Source: an uncultured Desulfarculus sp. | Lineage (GTDB): Bacteria; Desulfobacterota; Desulfarculia; Desulfarculales; Desulfarculaceae | Reading direction: 5' to 3' | NCBI GenBank assembly: GCA_963665125.2 | Contig: CAXXUK010000001.1 | Coordinates: 2,880,001 to 2,944,000 of the forward strand | DNA: 64,000 bases | In this document: positions 61,049 through 64,000 of the stretch, piece after piece | How positions within the stretch are numbered: the stretch's first letter is position 1 | How the letters are laid out: the number at the start of each line of letters is the position of its first letter | Notes under the pieces: model-generated | What the model was told of the DNA's origin: nothing | The model's input: the letters and a program-made list of their open reading frames with translations, nothing else | Database searches by the model: none | Made by a program: the position numbers and the translations under genes

Positions 61049-61699
61049 CTAATCCTCGATGGCCCCGATAAAGCCGCGGGTAAAGGTGGGGAACTCCTTC
61101 TCGAACGTCTCGTCCCAGTGTTCCTTGGTCCAGTACTTGTGGCGGTCGAAATACGGGTCCTGCTTGGCCACCGAAACGCTGACGCTGGAGACGATGTGGC
61201 AGTCCTCGATGATGCCCATGGCCTGGGCCCCGAAGGCCAGGGTGCTGAAGACCCGGCAATACAGGCCCAACCGCCAGGCCACGGCAGCCGCGGCGTTGCA
61301 GGCGATGTTCAGGTTGAGGTTCTTGAACTGGCAGGAGGGCCCGATGGCCGTCAGGGCCTCGGCCTCCTCGGCCTTGTTCAACTCGGCGCAGGTGCGGTAT
61401 CCGCAGGCCCCGCAGTTGTAGCCGAACTCGCTGGTGCGGGTGTCGCCGATGACCATCAGGCCGCAGGGCTCCTTGATCAGCTCCATGACAAAGCGGCCGT
61501 CGCGGGCGGCCAGGGGGGACATGTCGCCCAGGGAGAAGCAAAACTCGGCGATCTCTTCCATTTCCTCGGCGCCCACGGTGACGATCTTCAGGTTGTTGCG
61601 TCCCTTGAAGCGGTAGCTGTTGTGGGCGGCCACGGCCATCAGCTCCATGGCCCGGTCCAATCCGTTTTGGATCAGTTCGTCTTTTTCGATAATTGCCAT
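61049..61699 (-). CDS. DUF2148-like ferredoxin-domain protein
   Basis: RD, NCGACGYRTC...GPSC, C-terminal PYFDR. Confidence 0.75.
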   Translation of the reverse strand: MAIIEKDELIQNGLDRAMELMAVAAHNSYRFKGRNNLKIVTVGAEEMEEIAEFCFSLGDMSPLAARDGRFVMELIKEPCGLMVIGDTRTSEFGYNCGACGYRTCAELNKAEEAEALTAIGPSCQFKNLNLNIACNAAAAVAWRLGLYCRVFSTLAFGAQAMGIIEDCHIVSSVSVSVAKQDPYFDRHKYWTKEHWDETFEKEFPTFTRGFIGAIED

Positions 61700-61711
61700 T
61701 TCACCCTCCCC

Positions 61712-62389
61712 CTAGCTGTAGATTGACCGGAATTGGGGCCACAGCCGCTGGATGGTGCGGTCGTTCATGGTCCGTTCGTTGATTTCGTCGTAACGCTTGG
61801 GGATGTCCCGGAACGGCGACTTCTCGGTGATGGAGATGGCCAGGCCCAGGGCGAAGCCGGTCTCCTTGGGCAGGATACCCATGCGCATGGCCGCCGCCCC
61901 GGCGCTCCAGAACACGCCGTAGTCGATGCCCAGGTTGCGGGCCTGGCTGATCATGCCGTCCAGGCCATAGGCGATGTTGTTGGCCCGGAAGGTGCACAGC
62001 GGGCCGGTGAAGGCCACCGAGGGCTCGGCGGGCAGGCGCTCGGCCTCTTTCTGGTATTCGCAGGTGATGTGGCCGCACATGTTGCAGTTGATGTCGGCCG
62101 GGTCGTTGAGGCAGCGGAGCGATGTGATCAACAGCACCGCGTCGGCGTCCCGGAGCATGACCGCGTCACGGGTGAAAAACTTCCAGGCCTTGTTGTCGCC
62201 GGCCATGTTCTCCACGGCCTGGCAGAGGTCCTCGATATCGCATTCGTCGTCGAGGATGTGGATGGTGCACTCGCCAACGCCGCCGACGCGGGGGCTGGTG
62301 GTGCCCGAGGCCAGGATCAGCCGGGCAGCTATGCGGGCGGCGCTCTGCCGGTCCTCCTCGTATTGTCTTATGCTGCGTTCCTTGCTCAT
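61712..62389 (-). CDS. DUF2148-like ferredoxin-domain protein
   Basis: TSPR.GG, RDA, NCNMCGHITC...GPLC, WSAGAAA, KSPF. Confidence 0.75.
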   Translation of the reverse strand: MSKERSIRQYEEDRQSAARIAARLILASGTTSPRVGGVGECTIHILDDECDIEDLCQAVENMAGDNKAWKFFTRDAVMLRDADAVLLITSLRCLNDPADINCNMCGHITCEYQKEAERLPAEPSVAFTGPLCTFRANNIAYGLDGMISQARNLGIDYGVFWSAGAAAMRMGILPKETGFALGLAISITEKSPFRDIPKRYDEINERTMNDRTIQRLWPQFRSIYS

Positions 62390-62398
62390 GACTGGCTC

Positions 62399-62791
62399 CT
62401 AGATGCTCAGGCCGTTCTTTTGGGCGATGGCCGGGTAGGCCTCGTAGGCGGGCTTCAACAGAGGCATCAGCTTGAGCACCTTGGGCATGGGACCCTTGGC
62501 CTTGATCAGGCCCTTGGCCAGGGCCACCGGCATCTTGATCTGCTTGAGCCAGAACTTGTGGCAGGTGTCGCCGTCCAGGGTCATTTCCACGGTGGCCTTG
62601 CCGTCGTTGGCGCCGCAGACGACCTCGCCGCTGGGCAAGACCCAGAGCTCGCCCGCCGGGTTGTTGATGTTGAATTTGATGCTCATGTTGTCGTCGGCCA
62701 TTTTTTGGGCCATGCCCGGCGCTGCCAGGAGCGTTCGGAATAATTCTCCTAGTACATCATACATTTTTTCGGTGTTTTCAAAGGTGGGCAT
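62399..62791 (-). CDS. SCP2 sterol/lipid-binding domain protein
   Basis: 130 aa; ALAKGLIKAKG. Confidence 0.85.
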   Translation of the reverse strand: MPTFENTEKMYDVLGELFRTLLAAPGMAQKMADDNMSIKFNINNPAGELWVLPSGEVVCGANDGKATVEMTLDGDTCHKFWLKQIKMPVALAKGLIKAKGPMPKVLKLMPLLKPAYEAYPAIAQKNGLSI

Positions 62792-62832
62792 CGCGTTCTC
62801 CCTTCAGACTAATTTTTTAAATAATTAGGGGG

Positions 62833-63432
62833 TTAGCACCCCAGGTATCGCTTGATTGCCTGTGAGCAGGCGGTGCGCACCCATTTGGTGGGGTGGCTCT
62901 CGGGGTCCAGGTACCAGCGGATGGCGAAACCGTGATAGATGCTGGAGATGGCCCGGGCCGCTTTGTCGGTGTCGTCGACTGCAAACCGCCCCTGCTCAAC
63001 GCCCTCGTCCAGGGCGCCCTTCAGCAGTTCGATCCAGCTGTCGACCCATTCGGTGAATAGGCGGCGGTATTCCGGATCGCGCACGGCCATGGCCATGCCG
63101 TCGAAGACCATGGGATAGCCGGTTTCCTTGAGCCTTGGTTCGTCGTCGCTGTAGAGCCAGCCGTAGCTGAGCACCTTGTCCAGCGGGTCGTCGAACAGGG
63201 CCATGGTGGTGCGGCCGCGCTCGAAAATGCTATCGAAGTAGGCGCGGTAGGCGGCCATGAACAGCTCGTTTTTGGAAGAGAAATAATAGGCCACACCGCC
63301 TTTGGACAGTTCGGCGGCCTTGGCCACTTCTTCCATGGTCACGTTGGCCGTGCCGTTGGCGGAGATCATGATTGTGGCCGCTTCCAAAATCTGGTTGCGG
63401 CGGATTTTTTCCAGAACTTGATTGGTGGCCAT
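62833..63432 (-). CDS. TetR family regulator
   Basis: TMEEVAKAAELSKGGVAYYFSSK. Confidence 0.93.
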   Translation of the reverse strand: MATNQVLEKIRRNQILEAATIMISANGTANVTMEEVAKAAELSKGGVAYYFSSKNELFMAAYRAYFDSIFERGRTTMALFDDPLDKVLSYGWLYSDDEPRLKETGYPMVFDGMAMAVRDPEYRRLFTEWVDSWIELLKGALDEGVEQGRFAVDDTDKAARAISSIYHGFAIRWYLDPESHPTKWVRTACSQAIKRYLGC

Positions 63433-63534
63433 GGGTACTCTCTCCAACTACACGCCGCGCGGGCGGTAAAGATGGATTCAGAGGCCCTGGTGCATGGTCT
63501 CGGGGTGTAAATGCCGTCCTCTTGATGGTGTTAT

Positions 63535-63566
63535 CCGACCGGCTGGACTGAAAACCGACCGGTCAG
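63535..63566. promoter_or_regulatory. Tandem candidate TetR operators
   Basis: CCGACCGGCTGG and CCGACCGGTCAG near-palindromes with starts 20 bp apart. Confidence 0.6.
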
Positions 63567-63730
63567 ATTTTTAATAATCGTGCCAAAGTGGGATTTCCAA
63601 AGTCAATCGAAAATAATAGGAGTACTACAAAAAACTTTGTTCAATCATGGACAAGCTTGATGAACAATGTTTAAGCAGTCAGTTGAAGGGCGTTCAACTC
63701 AAATAATAATATTGAGTATTTGTTCGCTTG

Positions 63731-64000
63731 TTAAAAGCCGAAAATGCGTTTCGCGTTGCCGCTCAGAATGGCCTCGAGATTTTTTCGTGGCAGGCCCATA
63801 TTCAGGAGTTCTTCGAGCTCGTGGGTAAATTCGTGGGGGATGTTGGGGGTGTCGGTGCCGAACATGATCCGGTCGGCGTGTCGGTTCAGAATTTCCGGGT
63901 CGATGTCCAGGGCGAACTGATCGCACAGGACCATGGTGGAATCGAGCATCAGATTGGGGTATTCGCCCAGCAGTTCGCAGAATTCCGGGATCTGGCCGAT
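63731..64000 (-). CDS. Amidohydrolase family protein, partial (C-terminus)
   Basis: YPNLMLDS, RIMFGTD.P, ILSGNAKR; frame open to the window end. Confidence 0.85.
   Translation of the reverse strand: MGQIPEFCELLGEYPNLMLDSTMVLCDQFALDIDPEILNRHADRIMFGTDTPNIPHEFTHELEELLNMGLPRKNLEAILSGNAKRIFGF

Noticed and set aside
63570..63587. Sigma54 promoter (TGGCACG on the minus strand)
   Set aside because: The -12 element reads TTAA rather than TTGC

Overview
GC-rich chromosomal window, probably from an anaerobic fatty-acid-oxidising deltaproteobacterium (Thermodesulfobacteriota-like; inferred from gene content only). In order: a partial membrane PAS sensor missing from the ORF track; an HdrC/D-like Fe-S protein; an SGNH-like plus MBOAT acylation pair; an EAL protein; trpDCFBA behind a Trp-codon leader attenuator; a marR cassette; aroF-pheA-tyrA behind a Phe/Tyr leader with two interlocking terminators; a GNAT and an acyl-CoA ligase; an AT-rich orphan membrane gene; a three-gene unit of Slam-like TPR/beta-barrel, FecR-linker-3xTbpB-like barrel protein and CHASE2 adenylate cyclase (best candidate for an undescribed trans-envelope signalling system); a ligase/ACAD/TetR operon; a frameshifted IS481-family element; GlxA-type and 7TM-DISM GGDEF genes; and two large convergent TetR-linked acyl-CoA operons. 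One of these has two KAS III-like proteins with complementary missing catalytic residues. The other has SCP2 and tandem DUF2148-like Fe-S proteins. No rRNA, tRNA or CRISPR array was seen. All calls come from motif reading by eye; no database search was run.
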